DNA of 64,000 bases from Acidimicrobiales bacterium (GCA_965208505.1 OZ242339.1:2011162-2075161); one strand, 5' to 3'; positions 1-12,117 are shown, numbered from the stretch's first letter. Notes: generated by a model from the letters alone, not told the origin. Made by a program: numbers and translations.

Positions 1-50
1 AATGGGGGAATCTTCAATCAGCGGCGACGGCATCACTCCAACCAGCGCGC

Positions 51-1502
<1,452 letters not shown>

Positions 1503-1535
1503 CGCTTTCAGTGTCGGACGTTCAAGGCCAGATTG

Positions 1536-2567
1536 TCACCGGCGGTGGCCCGCCAGTACTTGCCGGGCAGCCATGATGGCAGGCACCGGACCCGGATCGA
1601 GGCCCACCGCGGCGGCCATCTCCAACGAGGCGATCGACCCCTGATACATCAAATCGAAAATCTGGGCCACCGGCCCCTCTCCAGCAGCCTCCACGGTGTA
1701 GATCGAGCTCACCACCTCGTCCATCAGGTCGATCAGGACTTCGAAACCCCTCATCACCTCGGGATGCTCGAGGTCGTGGCGCAAGACCACCATGCTGAAC
1801 ACTTGCCGGGTCAGGTCGCCGTGTTGGCCCCACCCGGCGACCTCGTTGTGCAACAGGTCGGGTACCCCCGCGCTGAACGCCGGCGCTTTGGCACTGGTGT
1901 TGATCATGTTCTTCCAGTGCCGGGCGGCCACCGACCCGAGTCCACCCCCGCCGTAGACGAGCGGCACCGTGCCCGCGAGGCGACGGGCCATCGTGGTGGC
2001 CGGCTCCCGAACCGTATCCCTCCGGCTTCGGATCTGGTCCACCGCAAATCGCACCCACTGGGTGGCTCCCGGGAACAGCCCCATCTGCTCAAGGATGATC
2101 ATCGGGGCGACGGTGAGCACGCTCAGCCCGGCCCGGGGCGGATAGAGCATGGGATCCACCTCCACCAGCGGTGCACCCCATGAGGTGGCCATTTGGGCCA
2201 GTTGGCCGCCCCCGGTTACCGCCACAACCCGCCCGCCGGCTTCGGCCGCCTGAGCCGCGGCTTGGACGATCTCCGGCGTGTCGCCGCTGGCCGACAGAGC
2301 GAACACCAGGGTCTGCTCGTCTACATACGACGGGGGCTGATAGCTCTTTACCACCACTATGGGCAGGGGCATGAACGGCCCGGCAGTCACCGACAGCAGG
2401 TCGCCGGCGAATCCGCCCGGACCCATGCCCAGTACCAGTACGTTGGCGATCTCTGATCGGTCGGGCAGCCCTTCCAAGTCTTGGGAGCGGTCCAGCGCGT
2501 CCAACATCTGCTCGGGAAGCCGGTTGACCGCGGGCCAAATGCCCAAGGTGTCCACTCGCTCGCTCAC
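1536..2567 (-). CDS. SIS-domain bifunctional phosphoglucose/phosphomannose isomerase-like protein
   Basis: 343-aa ORF with SIS-type blocks (VLVLGMGPGG, ALSASGDTPE). Lies between ahcY and manA, as in many actinobacterial genomes. Confidence 0.7.
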   Translation of the reverse strand: MSERVDTLGIWPAVNRLPEQMLDALDRSQDLEGLPDRSEIANVLVLGMGPGGFAGDLLSVTAGPFMPLPIVVVKSYQPPSYVDEQTLVFALSASGDTPEIVQAAAQAAEAGGRVVAVTGGGQLAQMATSWGAPLVEVDPMLYPPRAGLSVLTVAPMIILEQMGLFPGATQWVRFAVDQIRSRRDTVREPATTMARRLAGTVPLVYGGGGLGSVAARHWKNMINTSAKAPAFSAGVPDLLHNEVAGWGQHGDLTRQVFSMVVLRHDLEHPEVMRGFEVLIDLMDEVVSSIYTVEAAGEGPVAQIFDLMYQGSIASLEMAAAVGLDPGPVPAIMAARQVLAGHRR

Positions 2568-2586
2568 TGCCCCTCCTCGTACCTGC

Positions 2587-2841
2587 TCACGGGGTGAACG
2601 TGAGGGAAATAGAATCGGACTCCGCCTTCGCCATCAGGCGATCGTGCTCGTCATCGTCCACCGTCTCGGCCTCGTCGATCAACATGTTGGGGATGTCGTC
2701 CTCCACCAGGTAGCGGCGGTGCTGGCGGGGGTTGTACAGCGAGTCCTCATCGGGGAAGTAGAGAAGCGGCCCCTTGTCGTCGGGACAAGCAAGGATCTCG
2801 AGCAGTCGGGGGTCCAGAGCCATGGCCACAGTCTTACTCAC
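2587..2841 (-). CDS. Trm112 family protein
   Basis: 84-aa ORF with LLEILACPDDKGPL ... DDIPNMLIDEA, typical of Trm112/DUF343. Confidence 0.8.
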   Translation of the reverse strand: MSKTVAMALDPRLLEILACPDDKGPLLYFPDEDSLYNPRQHRRYLVEDDIPNMLIDEAETVDDDEHDRLMAKAESDSISLTFTP

Positions 2842-2866
2842 GCAGCGCCCCGATCCCTAGCAGCCA

Positions 2867-4018
2867 TCAGCCGATTTGGGCTCGAAACACCAGGCCGGTT
2901 CCGGCAATCTCGTACTCCCCGCTTGATGCCGGCAGCCAAACCGCCTCGCCCCCGGTGATCTGGTGGCCCGCCGCCATTGCCTCGCCAGATGCGCACAACA
3001 CGATTTCCGGTCCGGCGGCACGACACCGCAGCTCGCCGGCCATTTCGATACGAGTAAGGCAGAAGTCAGGAACCGGGGGACGAAAGGTGAACAACGGGCT
3101 GTCGGGGGCCATCGGCAAAACCTGGCCAGCCCGGCAGTCCACAACGTCCAACAGAGCGGGTACATCCACGTGCTTGCTGGTGAGACCTCCCCTCAGCACG
3201 TTGTCGCTGTTGGCCATGATCTCGACCGCCACCCCGTGCAGGTACACATGGAGGTTTCCCGCTCCTAGAAAGAGGGCTTGGCCCGGGAGGAGTTGGACCA
3301 GGTTCAGCATCAGGGCGATGGCCACGCCGATGTCGCCGGGATGCTGCTCAGCGATCCGCACCGCCCACTCCCGCTCTTCGGGAAATGGGCCCGGCTCACC
3401 GCAGGCTGCCCCCACTTGATGGGCAATTGCCGCGCCGGATTCCCGCGGGCGCCCGAGCAGCCACCGCAGGGCGCGGTCCGCCTCGCCCGACTGCAAAAAG
3501 CCAATTGCCGGTCCCAGATCGGAGACTCCTAGAGACTCAAGCAACGACGCCGCGGTGCTCATCGGCCGGAACCCGCAAAAGGCGGTGAACGGCTCAAGTG
3601 CGCAGATCAGCTCCGGCTTGTGGTTCCGGTCGCGGTACGACCGATGTTCGGCGTCGACAGGAATGCCCTGTTCGTCCTCCGAGTCGAATCCAGCTTGGGC
3701 CTGCTGGCGGGTGGGGTGGGTCTGGAGCGACAGCGGCTGTTCCACGGCCAGGATCTTGAGCAAAAAGGGCAGCTCTCCCCCGAATGACCGGGCAGTGTCA
3801 GTGCCCAGTTCTCCTTCTGGGTCGTCGGCGATCACCTGGTCGAGCGGCCGGTCTATCCCGCCCCGCCGCAACACCGACGGCGCCCGGGGATGGGCCCCCA
3901 GCCACAGCTCAGCCTGGGGTTCGCCGGTAGGGGGCACGCCCAAGATGCGGGGCAGCACCTCTCGCGACCCCCACTCGTAGGGCTGCACTGTTCCGTGCAA
4001 CACGCCCGATGTGCTCAC
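2867..4018 (-). CDS. manA: mannose-6-phosphate isomerase, class I
   Basis: 383-aa ORF with N-terminal QPYEWGS, LSLQTHP and AEHRSYRDRNHKPE blocks. Confidence 0.85.
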   Translation of the reverse strand: MSTSGVLHGTVQPYEWGSREVLPRILGVPPTGEPQAELWLGAHPRAPSVLRRGGIDRPLDQVIADDPEGELGTDTARSFGGELPFLLKILAVEQPLSLQTHPTRQQAQAGFDSEDEQGIPVDAEHRSYRDRNHKPELICALEPFTAFCGFRPMSTAASLLESLGVSDLGPAIGFLQSGEADRALRWLLGRPRESGAAIAHQVGAACGEPGPFPEEREWAVRIAEQHPGDIGVAIALMLNLVQLLPGQALFLGAGNLHVYLHGVAVEIMANSDNVLRGGLTSKHVDVPALLDVVDCRAGQVLPMAPDSPLFTFRPPVPDFCLTRIEMAGELRCRAAGPEIVLCASGEAMAAGHQITGGEAVWLPASSGEYEIAGTGLVFRAQIG

Positions 4019-4043
4019 ATGACCAAAATAGGTGAATTCCCGC

Positions 4044-4856
4044 TCACTCCACCCAGATCAGACTGATCACCGCAACCAGATTGAAGCCGACGTGGGCCCA
4101 GATGGCCGGTCCCAGTCGCTTGTAGCGGCGGACCAACACAGCGGCGATGATCCCGAAGGCCATCAGGGCGGGAAACTGGAGCGGCTGAAGGTGTACGGCC
4201 CCGAAGACTGCCGAGGAGACCAGCACCCCCGCCGCTGCTCCCCATTTCCGCTCGATTGCCCGCAGGGTCAGCCCCCGGAAGAACAGCTCTTCGAAGATCG
4301 GTGCCCCCACCACGACCCCAAGCATGACGAAGGCGATGTCGCCCGGCGAGGCAGCTCGATCGGTGATCTGACGGGCAGCCTCGCTCACGTCGAAATCGAA
4401 GAACTGCTGGAACGGCGCATAAATGAGCCATACAACAGCCATTTGGGCGAATACGCCGAACAAGAGCCCTACGGGCACGTCCCTCGCCTTCATCGACAAG
4501 CCGAAGTCGCGCCGCACTCCATTTCCCCGAAGGGTGCCGGCCACCAATACGGTCAGCGCAAACCCGCCCCACAGCCCGATCTGGCCCACCGGCAGGGTCC
4601 ATAAAGGCAGTGCAGGGTCGCTGCGCTCCAACTCCAGGGCGTCGCCCAATCCGTAGCGCCCAACGTACGACCCTGTTCCAGTCTCCCCACCAGTGTCCAG
4701 CCCGGTCGCAGCCAATACCGCCACGAATACCACCCCCGCGGCCAGCCAGGAAACCAGCAGGCCGATGAACACATCGGGCAGACCCCACCGGATCTCCCGC
4801 CCATTGCTCTGCTTCACAGCCGCCACAAGCCCGCAGCGTAATGGTGACTTTATCAC
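4044..4856 (-). CDS. CPBP family intramembrane glutamic endopeptidase (CAAX protease-like)
   Basis: 270-aa polytopic membrane ORF with PIFEELFFRG and FGAVH motifs. Confidence 0.8.
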   Translation of the reverse strand: MIKSPLRCGLVAAVKQSNGREIRWGLPDVFIGLLVSWLAAGVVFVAVLAATGLDTGGETGTGSYVGRYGLGDALELERSDPALPLWTLPVGQIGLWGGFALTVLVAGTLRGNGVRRDFGLSMKARDVPVGLLFGVFAQMAVVWLIYAPFQQFFDFDVSEAARQITDRAASPGDIAFVMLGVVVGAPIFEELFFRGLTLRAIERKWGAAAGVLVSSAVFGAVHLQPLQFPALMAFGIIAAVLVRRYKRLGPAIWAHVGFNLVAVISLIWVE

Positions 4857-4878
4857 CGAACCCTCGTAGAATTGCCCA

Positions 4879-6900
4879 ATGGCCTCGCCCCCGCCGCCGC
4901 CTCCCCCGCCGCCTGAGCGGCGAGACCCCGAGCGCGGGCCGGATCAGCAGCCCGCCACTCAGAGCCGAATGCCCCGCTGGGTGTGGTTTGTGGTGCTGGG
5001 GCTGCTTGCCGCCCTTTTGTTCTCCAACGTGTTCAGAGGCGAAGACAAGGGCGAGGAGATCTCGTTCCGGACATTCGTGGAAACTGCCCAGCTCAACCAG
5101 ATCGAGGAAGCGGAGTACAACAACAACACCGGCGAAATCAAGGGCACGCTGGTCGACGAATCGAAGTTCTACACCACCGGCCCCAATCCCCTGGGCGAGC
5201 AAGTCGAGCAGGATCTTCGAACCAGCATTCCGACGTTCGAATTCCACACGCCCAAGACCAGCTTCTGGGTCAGCCTCCTGCCTCTGCTGATCCCGGTCGG
5301 ATTCATCTTCTTGATCTTTTGGTGGTTCCAGCGCCGGGCCCAGGGCCAGATGAGCGGCATCATGTCCATCGGCCGGTCCAAGGCCAAGACCTACACCACC
5401 GAGCGGCCCGGAACCACCTTCGAGGACGTGGCCGGCTACGAAGGAGTCAAACAGGAGATCGTCGAGGTGGTCGACTTTCTCAAGCACCCCGAAAAGTTCG
5501 CCCAGATCGGGGCCCGCATCCCCAAGGGAGTACTGCTGGTGGGTCCACCGGGCACCGGCAAGACGCTCATCGCCCGGGCGGTAGCGGGAGAGGCCGGCGT
5601 GCCGTTCTTGTCGGTCACCGGGTCGGACTTCATGGAGATGTTCGTCGGAGTGGGCGCCAGCCGAGTGCGAGACCTGTTCCAGTCGGCTCGCAAGATGGGG
5701 CGGGCCATCATTTTCATCGACGAGATCGACTCCATCGGCCGCAAGCGGGGCGCCGGGCTGGGCGGAGGACATGATGAGCGGGAGCAGACCCTCAATCAGA
5801 TGCTGGCCGAAATGGACGGCTTCGAGGCCACCGAGGGCATCGTGATGATGGCCGCCACCAACCGGCCCGACATCTTGGACCCGGCACTCTTGCGACCCGG
5901 TCGGTTCGACCGCCAGGTGGTCGTACCGCTGCCGGAGGCCGATGACCGGCTGCAAATCCTCAACGTCCATGTGCGGTCCAAGAAGATCGCCGCCGATGTG
6001 GACCTCCCCCTCATCGCCCGGGGGTCGCCGGGAATGAGCGGTGCCGACCTCGCCAACCTGGTGAACGAGGCTGCACTGTTCGCCGTGCGCAGCGAATCCG
6101 AGCAAATCCGCATGACCCATTTCGAGAACGCTCGTGACCGGATGCTGATGGGCCAGCGGCGGGAATCCATGGTCATGTCCGAGGAGGAGCGGCAGATCAC
6201 CGCCTACCACGAGGCCGGCCATGCGGTGTGCGCCGCGGTCCTGCCCCACGCCGACCCCTTGCACAAGGTGACCATCATCCCCCGGGGCATGGCCTTGGGG
6301 GTGACCATGACCCTCCCCGAAGAAGACCGCCACACTCTGCGGCGCAACTACCTGGACGACATGCTGGTCATGCGCATGGGCGGGCGCATTGCTGAGGAGT
6401 TGGTATTCGGCGTGTCGTCCAGCGGCGCGGCCGACGACCTGGCCGGCGCCACCGAGTTCGCCCGCCGCATGGTGCGGGAGTGGGGCATGAGCGACCGCAT
6501 CGGGCCGATGGCCTGGCGCAGCGCAGGACAGGTGTTCTTGGGCGATGAGATGATGACCAACCGCGAGTATAGCGACGAGACCGCCCGGGTGATCGACGAA
6601 GAAGTGGCCGAGATCTTGCGAACCCAGGAGAACCGGTGCCGCGATGTCCTCTCCGAGCACCGCAACGGCCTGGATCTGGTGGCTAGGGCTCTGCTGGAGC
6701 ACGAAACCATCTCCGGGGCAGAGGTTGGCCGGCTCGTGGAGGTTGGCGCCGACGGCCCCACCGGCGATCCCCGCGATGTGATCGGGGCTGCTTTGGGCGC
6801 CCGAAGCACGGGGGGCACGCGGGGCACCGCAACGACCACCGTTGCCTCTGCGGCCGACCTGGAGGAGCCTGACCCCCCGGAGACGTGGCCCGCACCCTGA
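4879..6900 (+). CDS. ftsH: ATP-dependent zinc metalloprotease FtsH
   Basis: 673-aa ORF with N-terminal TM segments, Walker A GPPGTGKT, Walker B IIFIDEID and zinc motif HEAGH. The start is ambiguous: ATG 4879 (gives a 9-proline run) or ATG 4969. Confidence 0.95.
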   Translation: MASPPPPPPPPPERRDPERGPDQQPATQSRMPRWVWFVVLGLLAALLFSNVFRGEDKGEEISFRTFVETAQLNQIEEAEYNNNTGEIKGTLVDESKFYTTGPNPLGEQVEQDLRTSIPTFEFHTPKTSFWVSLLPLLIPVGFIFLIFWWFQRRAQGQMSGIMSIGRSKAKTYTTERPGTTFEDVAGYEGVKQEIVEVVDFLKHPEKFAQIGARIPKGVLLVGPPGTGKTLIARAVAGEAGVPFLSVTGSDFMEMFVGVGASRVRDLFQSARKMGRAIIFIDEIDSIGRKRGAGLGGGHDEREQTLNQMLAEMDGFEATEGIVMMAATNRPDILDPALLRPGRFDRQVVVPLPEADDRLQILNVHVRSKKIAADVDLPLIARGSPGMSGADLANLVNEAALFAVRSESEQIRMTHFENARDRMLMGQRRESMVMSEEERQITAYHEAGHAVCAAVLPHADPLHKVTIIPRGMALGVTMTLPEEDRHTLRRNYLDDMLVMRMGGRIAEELVFGVSSSGAADDLAGATEFARRMVREWGMSDRIGPMAWRSAGQVFLGDEMMTNREYSDETARVIDEEVAEILRTQENRCRDVLSEHRNGLDLVARALLEHETISGAEVGRLVEVGADGPTGDPRDVIGAALGARSTGGTRGTATTTVASAADLEEPDPPETWPAP

Positions 6901-7310
6901 TCGCCCTGGGGGTAATCGCTGGAGCCCTGGCCGTGGCCTGGCTCTACCGGCGCTATCGACCCTCTACTCCGACGGCGCCGACCTACTCGGTCCCCACCCG
7001 GCTGGAGCGATGGGACTTCGCCCAGCCCAACACCGAGTGGCTGCTGGCCGTGTTCACCTCCAAGACCTGCTCCACCTGTGCCGCGGTGATAAAGGCGGCC
7101 GAGAGCCTGGCCGATGACGCTCTGGCGGTACAGGAGGTGGAGTTCCGCCGCCACGGCGAGCTGCACCGCCGCTACACGGTGGACGCCGTTCCGTTGGCCG
7201 TGCTGGCCGATCGCACCGGCACAGTGTGCGCTTCGGTGGCCGGCCCGGCCACCGAAGCGGAGCTGGCAGCTCTCGTCGCATCGGTTCGCCAACTGCCGGG
7301 TACGGTCTAA
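6885..7310 (+). CDS. membrane-anchored thioredoxin-fold-like protein (hypothetical)
   Basis: 141-aa ORF with an N-terminal hydrophobic helix and a CSTC (CxxC) motif. Overlaps the ftsH stop by 16 nt. Confidence 0.45.
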   Translation: MARTLIALGVIAGALAVAWLYRRYRPSTPTAPTYSVPTRLERWDFAQPNTEWLLAVFTSKTCSTCAAVIKAAESLADDALAVQEVEFRRHGELHRRYTVDAVPLAVLADRTGTVCASVAGPATEAELAALVASVRQLPGTV

Positions 7311-7328
7311 GCCAGTGAGATCTTTTTC

Positions 7329-7967
7329 TTGGCCTCCACTCGAATTGAAGAGCCAGTGAGCTTGTCGAGGGATTTGGCGCAGACCCGGGAATTCTTCACC
7401 TCCCGGGCGTCTGGCTGGGAGGATCGCCACCCTGACGACGACGTCTCGTTCAAGCTGGCCGTTGACCAGCTGAGGCTCTCTCCCGGCGATGCGGCCGTCG
7501 ACGCCGGCTGCGGATCAGGTCGGGCGCTGGCCCCCATGCGGGATGCTGTGGGATCCCAAGGCGCGGTTCTCGGCATCGACGCCACTCCGGCCATGCTCCA
7601 CGAAGCGTCCCGCTTGGGGCGGCAGAACATATCGGTTTGCGCGTTGGGAGATGTGGGCCGCCTGCCGGTGCGCGACAACTGCGTAGCCGGGATCTTGGCC
7701 GCGGGCCTGCTTCCCCACCTGCCCGATCCGGTGGGCACGCTGCGGGAAATGGCCCGGATCGCTCAGCCCGGAGCCCGGTTGGCCGTGTTCCACCCCATCG
7801 GCCGCCTCGCTCTGGCCGCTCGCCACCAAGAGCGAGGCGCTCACGCCCATGACATGAACATCGACCCCGACCGCATCGGGCCGCTGCTAGCCGAGGGAGG
7901 CTGGACGCTGGAGTTGTTGGATGACGGCGAGGACCACTACCTGGCCCTAGCGGTGTGCAATGGCTGA
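7329..7967 (+). CDS. class I SAM-dependent methyltransferase
   Basis: 212-aa ORF with SAM motif I VDAGCGSGR. Start codon uncertain. Confidence 0.7.
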   Translation: MASTRIEEPVSLSRDLAQTREFFTSRASGWEDRHPDDDVSFKLAVDQLRLSPGDAAVDAGCGSGRALAPMRDAVGSQGAVLGIDATPAMLHEASRLGRQNISVCALGDVGRLPVRDNCVAGILAAGLLPHLPDPVGTLREMARIAQPGARLAVFHPIGRLALAARHQERGAHAHDMNIDPDRIGPLLAEGGWTLELLDDGEDHYLALAVCNG

Positions 7968-8739
7968 CTGGCTGAAGAGCGATTCCGTCTTGTTCGAGAT
8001 AGCAGACGGAGTGGCCTGGGTGACGATCAACCGCCCCGAGGCCCGCAACGCCGTCAACCAAGCGGTATCAGAAGGCTTGGCTGCGGCCTGGGACCGGGTG
8101 GAGTCCGACGACGACATCGCAGTGGCCGTGCTGACCGGCGCGGGCGAAGTCGCCTTCTCAGCCGGGGCCGACCTCAAGGAGATGGCCGCCCGAGCCGAGC
8201 GGGAGTTGCCCTCTCACCTCGTCAAAGGCCGCTTGGCCAACGGAGAGGTCACCAAGCCGACCATCGCCGCGGTGAACGGCGTGGCCTACGCCGGCGGCTT
8301 CAACCTGGTCATGCAGTGCGATCTGTGCGTGGCCGCCGACCACGCCCGCTTCGGCATCCTCGAGGCCAAGGTGGGCCGGGGCTCGCCGTGGGCAAACCAA
8401 TTGGGCTGGCTGATCCCCCCTAGAGTGGCCATCGAACTGCTGTGTACCGCCGAACCCATCAGCGCCCAGCGGGCCTACGAACTCGGCTTGGTGAACCGGG
8501 TGGTGCCCGCGGCCGAGTTGAGGTCGGCGGCGGCCACCTTGGCCGCGGCAATCGCCGCCAACGCACCGCTCACCGTGCGCGCCGGCAAAGCCATGGTCTG
8601 GGCTACCGCCGGGCTGTCCCCGGCTGAGGCGGCGGCGGCGGCCGACGGGATATACCAGCCGGTCTATACCAGTGACGATGCCCAGGAGGGCCCCCGGGCC
8701 TTCGCCGAAAAACGCCCACCCCGCTGGCAGGGCCGTTAG
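7960..8739 (+). CDS. enoyl-CoA hydratase/isomerase family protein
   Basis: 259-aa ORF with crotonase blocks AVLTGAGEVAFSAGADLKE and NGVAYAGGFNL. Confidence 0.85.
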   Translation: MADWLKSDSVLFEIADGVAWVTINRPEARNAVNQAVSEGLAAAWDRVESDDDIAVAVLTGAGEVAFSAGADLKEMAARAERELPSHLVKGRLANGEVTKPTIAAVNGVAYAGGFNLVMQCDLCVAADHARFGILEAKVGRGSPWANQLGWLIPPRVAIELLCTAEPISAQRAYELGLVNRVVPAAELRSAAATLAAAIAANAPLTVRAGKAMVWATAGLSPAEAAAAADGIYQPVYTSDDAQEGPRAFAEKRPPRWQGR

Positions 8740-9770
8740 CCCAGCGCTTTCAGCAGCTCGCCCAGATTCTGGGGACCTGGGACTCTTGCTCCGGACTCAA
8801 TCTCACCCACCATCTCATAGACCGCGTCGTTGACCGGGGTGGGTATGCCCAAGCGCAAGCCTTCCTGGCGGACGAACCCGCTGAACGAGTCGATCTCGGT
8901 CTTGTGGCCCCGCTCGATGTCGGTGGGCATTGACCCCTTGACCTCGCCCACCTCGGCCGCGGTGGCCTCCCAATCGGCGGCCAGATCGTCTGCTCCCGGA
9001 CCTCCCGCTCCGCCGACCAGAATGCGCTCGGCGTCGATGCCGCTGACCGGTTCGATCTGGTGGCCCCGCGCCTGCCCCACCGCCACGGCTTCCGAACCGC
9101 AGGCCAGGCTCACCCTCCGAGGACCGGGTTGCTCCCGGCAATCTCGGGCTCTGCCTCCGAGCACCGCGTTAACCGGGTTGCTCATGCAGTTCATCACCAG
9201 CTTCGACCAGATCGCCCCCCAGATGTTGTCGCTTGCCACAACCTCAATACCCGGGCCCAGCGCCGACGACACCTGCTCCAGACGATCGGTGCGGGTTCCG
9301 TCGAGCTCGCCGATCTGAAGCGTGGGTTGCCAGTCAATCCTCACCTGAGCAGGCCCGACCGCTTCGGAGGGAAATAGCACCACCGCGCCGATCACCGGCT
9401 CCGGGCCCAACAACTCGGCCAGCAGTGGCTCGTTGACCCCGTTCTGGGCCGACATCACCGTGGCGCCGTCGGCCAGCAGTGGGGCCAACAGCGGGACAAG
9501 CCATCGGTTGTCGAATGCCTTGGCCGCGATGATCAGCAGGTCGACCGGCGCCAGCCGAGGCCACTCATCGATGTGCCATGCAGTCAACCGAACCGTTCGC
9601 TCCCCGGCCGGACTTGGGCCTGTCAGGTGCAGGCCGTCGGCCCGGATGGCCTCTACGTGGTCGGCCCAGGCGTCGATCACGCTCACTTGCCCGCCGCTGA
9701 GGGCCACCTCGCCCGCGATGGCGCCGCCTATTCCACCGGCGCCGGCCACAACCACATGCATCAGCGCCAT
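8736..9770 (-). CDS. 2-dehydropantoate 2-reductase (ApbA/PanE) family oxidoreductase
   Basis: 344-aa ORF with N-terminal Rossmann VVAGAGGIGGAIAG and family-typical length. Confidence 0.7.
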   Translation of the reverse strand: MALMHVVVAGAGGIGGAIAGEVALSGGQVSVIDAWADHVEAIRADGLHLTGPSPAGERTVRLTAWHIDEWPRLAPVDLLIIAAKAFDNRWLVPLLAPLLADGATVMSAQNGVNEPLLAELLGPEPVIGAVVLFPSEAVGPAQVRIDWQPTLQIGELDGTRTDRLEQVSSALGPGIEVVASDNIWGAIWSKLVMNCMSNPVNAVLGGRARDCREQPGPRRVSLACGSEAVAVGQARGHQIEPVSGIDAERILVGGAGGPGADDLAADWEATAAEVGEVKGSMPTDIERGHKTEIDSFSGFVRQEGLRLGIPTPVNDAVYEMVGEIESGARVPGPQNLGELLKALG

Positions 9771-9784
9771 GCTAGGAATTCTCT

Positions 9785-10126
9785 ATGGCCCTCACCCGAT
9801 ATCGAGATGTGGAGTGGTTCCAGCCCGGGGAGAACCCCGACCCCGACGACACCGATCTGATGAAGGCATGGCTGCACCGGGGGTCGTTCTTCGCCCACGC
9901 CATCCGGCTGGCCCCCGGCTATGTGGTGCCACCCCACAGCCACGACCGGGACGAGTTGATGGTGGTGCTGGCCGGCAGCGCCACCCTGGACAGCGGTGTG
10001 GTGGTGGAGGCGCCCGACTCCCTGCTTTTGGCCGCCAACTTGGAGTACGGCTTCACGGCGGGCCCCGAGGGCATGGAGTTCATGGTGGTCCGCACCGGCC
10101 AAGCCGGCCTGACCATCACCGGATGA
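9785..10126 (+). CDS. cupin domain protein
   Basis: 113-aa ORF with a PPHSHDRDE metal-binding-like cupin motif. Its stop overlaps the next start (ATGA). Confidence 0.65.
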   Translation: MALTRYRDVEWFQPGENPDPDDTDLMKAWLHRGSFFAHAIRLAPGYVVPPHSHDRDELMVVLAGSATLDSGVVVEAPDSLLLAANLEYGFTAGPEGMEFMVVRTGQAGLTITG

Positions 10127-12117
10127 GCCCGTCGGCCAAGGACCTCACCCCGCTGGTGCGGCCCCGGTCCATCGCGGTAGTGGGGGCCACCCCTCCGGGG
10201 GGCAACAAGCTGGGGTCGTGGGCGCTGAGCAATCTGCTCAAACACAACGTCTCGGCTGATCTCTACCTGGTCAATCCCCGCTACGACACGCTGGTGGAAC
10301 GGCCCTGTTACCCCGATCTCGGATCGCTGCCCGAACCCCCTGATCTAGTGCTGGTGCTGGTCCCGGCCGCCGCAGCCATCGACGTGCTGCGCCAAGCCGA
10401 GGCCATCGGCTCTCAGGCAGCCATCTTGTTCAGCGGGGGGTTCGGAGAGGGCGACCGGGCTGGGTCACCGCTGGATTTGGAGTTGCAGGCGTTCTTGGCC
10501 GACACCTCGATGGCGGTGTGCGGGCCCAACACCAATGGAGTCATCAATTGCGTCGACCGGATCCCCGCCGGGTTCCCGCCCTACGCCATGGCCGATGAAC
10601 TGCCCGTCGGCAACCTTGGCGTGGTGTCGCAAAGCGGTGCTCTGGTTTCATCTCTGGTCGAGCATCTTCTGGGAAACGGTCTCGGACTCACGGTGGGCTT
10701 CGCGGTGGGAAACGGCATCGATCTGAAGGTGAGCGACTACGTCCGGTTCTTGGCCGGAGACGGCCGCACCAACCAGATCGTGGTTTATGTCGAAGGCCTG
10801 GACGACGCCGACCGGTTCTTCGACGCCGCCGACGCGGCCGCTGCTGCGGGCAAGCCGGTGATCGTGCTTAAGGGTGGCCGGTCTCCTGAGGGTGCCGCCG
10901 CGGTCCGCGGCCATATCGGGGCATTGGTGGGCGACTACGACGCCTTTGCCGCCCGCTGCCGTCAGCACGGCATCTTGATGGCCCACGACCTGGCCGAATT
11001 GGCCGCGTTGCCCATGGCCCGGGGCCAGTGGGGCAAGCGGGTCGGGGTTCTGTCGTCATCGGGGGCAGTGGCGGGAATCTTGGCCGATTCCGCCCGCCAC
11101 AACGGCTTTGTGGTGCCTCCCTTGGGTGGCGCGACCCACTCAGCGCTGGGCGAGGCCATGACGTTGGGCGAGCCCCGCAATCCGCTGGACCTAACCGGAC
11201 AGTCGGTGGTCGACTTCGATCTGATGCCGACGGCACTCGAGGCCATGGGCGACGATCCCGGACTCGACTTGTTAGTACACGGAATGCTGATCGGCCCCGA
11301 TCGGTCCATCAACAGCCAAGTCGACGCCCTGGTGGCTCAGTGCGAGCGGGGAACGCCTATTGCGGCGTTCAGCGCGCCCGGTTGGCACGCAGTGGACTAC
11401 CCCAAGCTGCTGGATGCCGCCATCCCGGTGTTCGGCTCAGCCGACCTGCTGTTCCGCTGCCTGGCCGCCTGGCAGAGCCGCACGCTTCAACTGCCTTCGG
11501 CCGAAGAGCCACGGCCCTGGCCGGAGGAATCCCTCGACGATCTGCTGGCCGACATCTTGGCTCCCTCCTGCGCACCGGCCGACTACGCCGACGACCGGCC
11601 CGCCGCGGTCAAACTTCTGGGTGAAAGCTTGGACCACAAGACCGACCTCGGGTTGGTGGAGCTCAACGTGGCCCCCGACGACATCGCCGAGGCCGCCGCC
11701 CGACTGGAGGCCCGCCGCCGGGATTTGGGCTTGGCTGGAGCAACGGTGGTGGCCCAGCCCATGGCCGACCCCGGCGTGGATCTGATTGTCGGCACCAGGG
11801 TCGACCCCGAGGCCGGTCCCTGCGTGGTGGCCGGACCCGGTGGCGTGCTCACCGAGTTGGTCGACGACGTGGCCATCGCCCCGGCTCCGCTGAGCTTGGC
11901 CGACGCTCACGCCCTTTTGGACGCCACCAAGGCGGGCGCGCTGCTAAATGGCTACCGGGGAGAGCCGGGCCGCGACCGACAAGCCGCCGCCGAGGTCCTC
12001 ATCCGACTGGGGCACATCGCGGCCCGCCTCCACACGGAAACCGAGATCAACCCGCTCATCGTGCATACTTCTGGGGTCACCGCCGTCGACGTGCTCATCG
12101 GCAGCCGCCGCAGCTAA
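10123..12117 (+). CDS. ADP-forming acetate/acyl-CoA ligase family protein (CoA-binding + ATP-grasp)
   Basis: ATG at 10123 lies in frame inside the 9433 ORF; the upstream part is Arg/Pro-rich and overlaps other genes. N-terminus RSIAVVGATPPGG (CoA-binding), with a C-terminal ATP-grasp-like region. Confidence 0.8.
   Translation: MSPSAKDLTPLVRPRSIAVVGATPPGGNKLGSWALSNLLKHNVSADLYLVNPRYDTLVERPCYPDLGSLPEPPDLVLVLVPAAAAIDVLRQAEAIGSQAAILFSGGFGEGDRAGSPLDLELQAFLADTSMAVCGPNTNGVINCVDRIPAGFPPYAMADELPVGNLGVVSQSGALVSSLVEHLLGNGLGLTVGFAVGNGIDLKVSDYVRFLAGDGRTNQIVVYVEGLDDADRFFDAADAAAAAGKPVIVLKGGRSPEGAAAVRGHIGALVGDYDAFAARCRQHGILMAHDLAELAALPMARGQWGKRVGVLSSSGAVAGILADSARHNGFVVPPLGGATHSALGEAMTLGEPRNPLDLTGQSVVDFDLMPTALEAMGDDPGLDLLVHGMLIGPDRSINSQVDALVAQCERGTPIAAFSAPGWHAVDYPKLLDAAIPVFGSADLLFRCLAAWQSRTLQLPSAEEPRPWPEESLDDLLADILAPSCAPADYADDRPAAVKLLGESLDHKTDLGLVELNVAPDDIAEAAARLEARRRDLGLAGATVVAQPMADPGVDLIVGTRVDPEAGPCVVAGPGGVLTELVDDVAIAPAPLSLADAHALLDATKAGALLNGYRGEPGRDRQAAAEVLIRLGHIAARLHTETEINPLIVHTSGVTAVDVLIGSRRS

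Noticed and set aside
1503-1535. Possible SAH riboswitch upstream of ahcY.
   Set aside because: Only 33 nt separate the ahcY start from the upstream gene stop, which is too short for the riboswitch, and no matching pseudoknot sequence is seen.
4015-6702. 895-aa minus-strand ORF, the longest in the track.
   Set aside because: It is entirely antisense to the well-supported ftsH gene. Its Gly/Arg/His/Pro-rich low-complexity translation has no recognisable motif. This is the typical stop-codon-poor antisense frame of high-G+C DNA.
9433-10122. N-terminal 230 residues of the 894-aa ORF that contains the ADP-forming CoA ligase.
   Set aside because: The segment is Arg/Pro/Ala-rich and overlaps the panE-like gene (antisense) and the cupin gene. 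A clean ATG at 10123 overlaps the cupin stop and starts the conserved CoA-binding domain.
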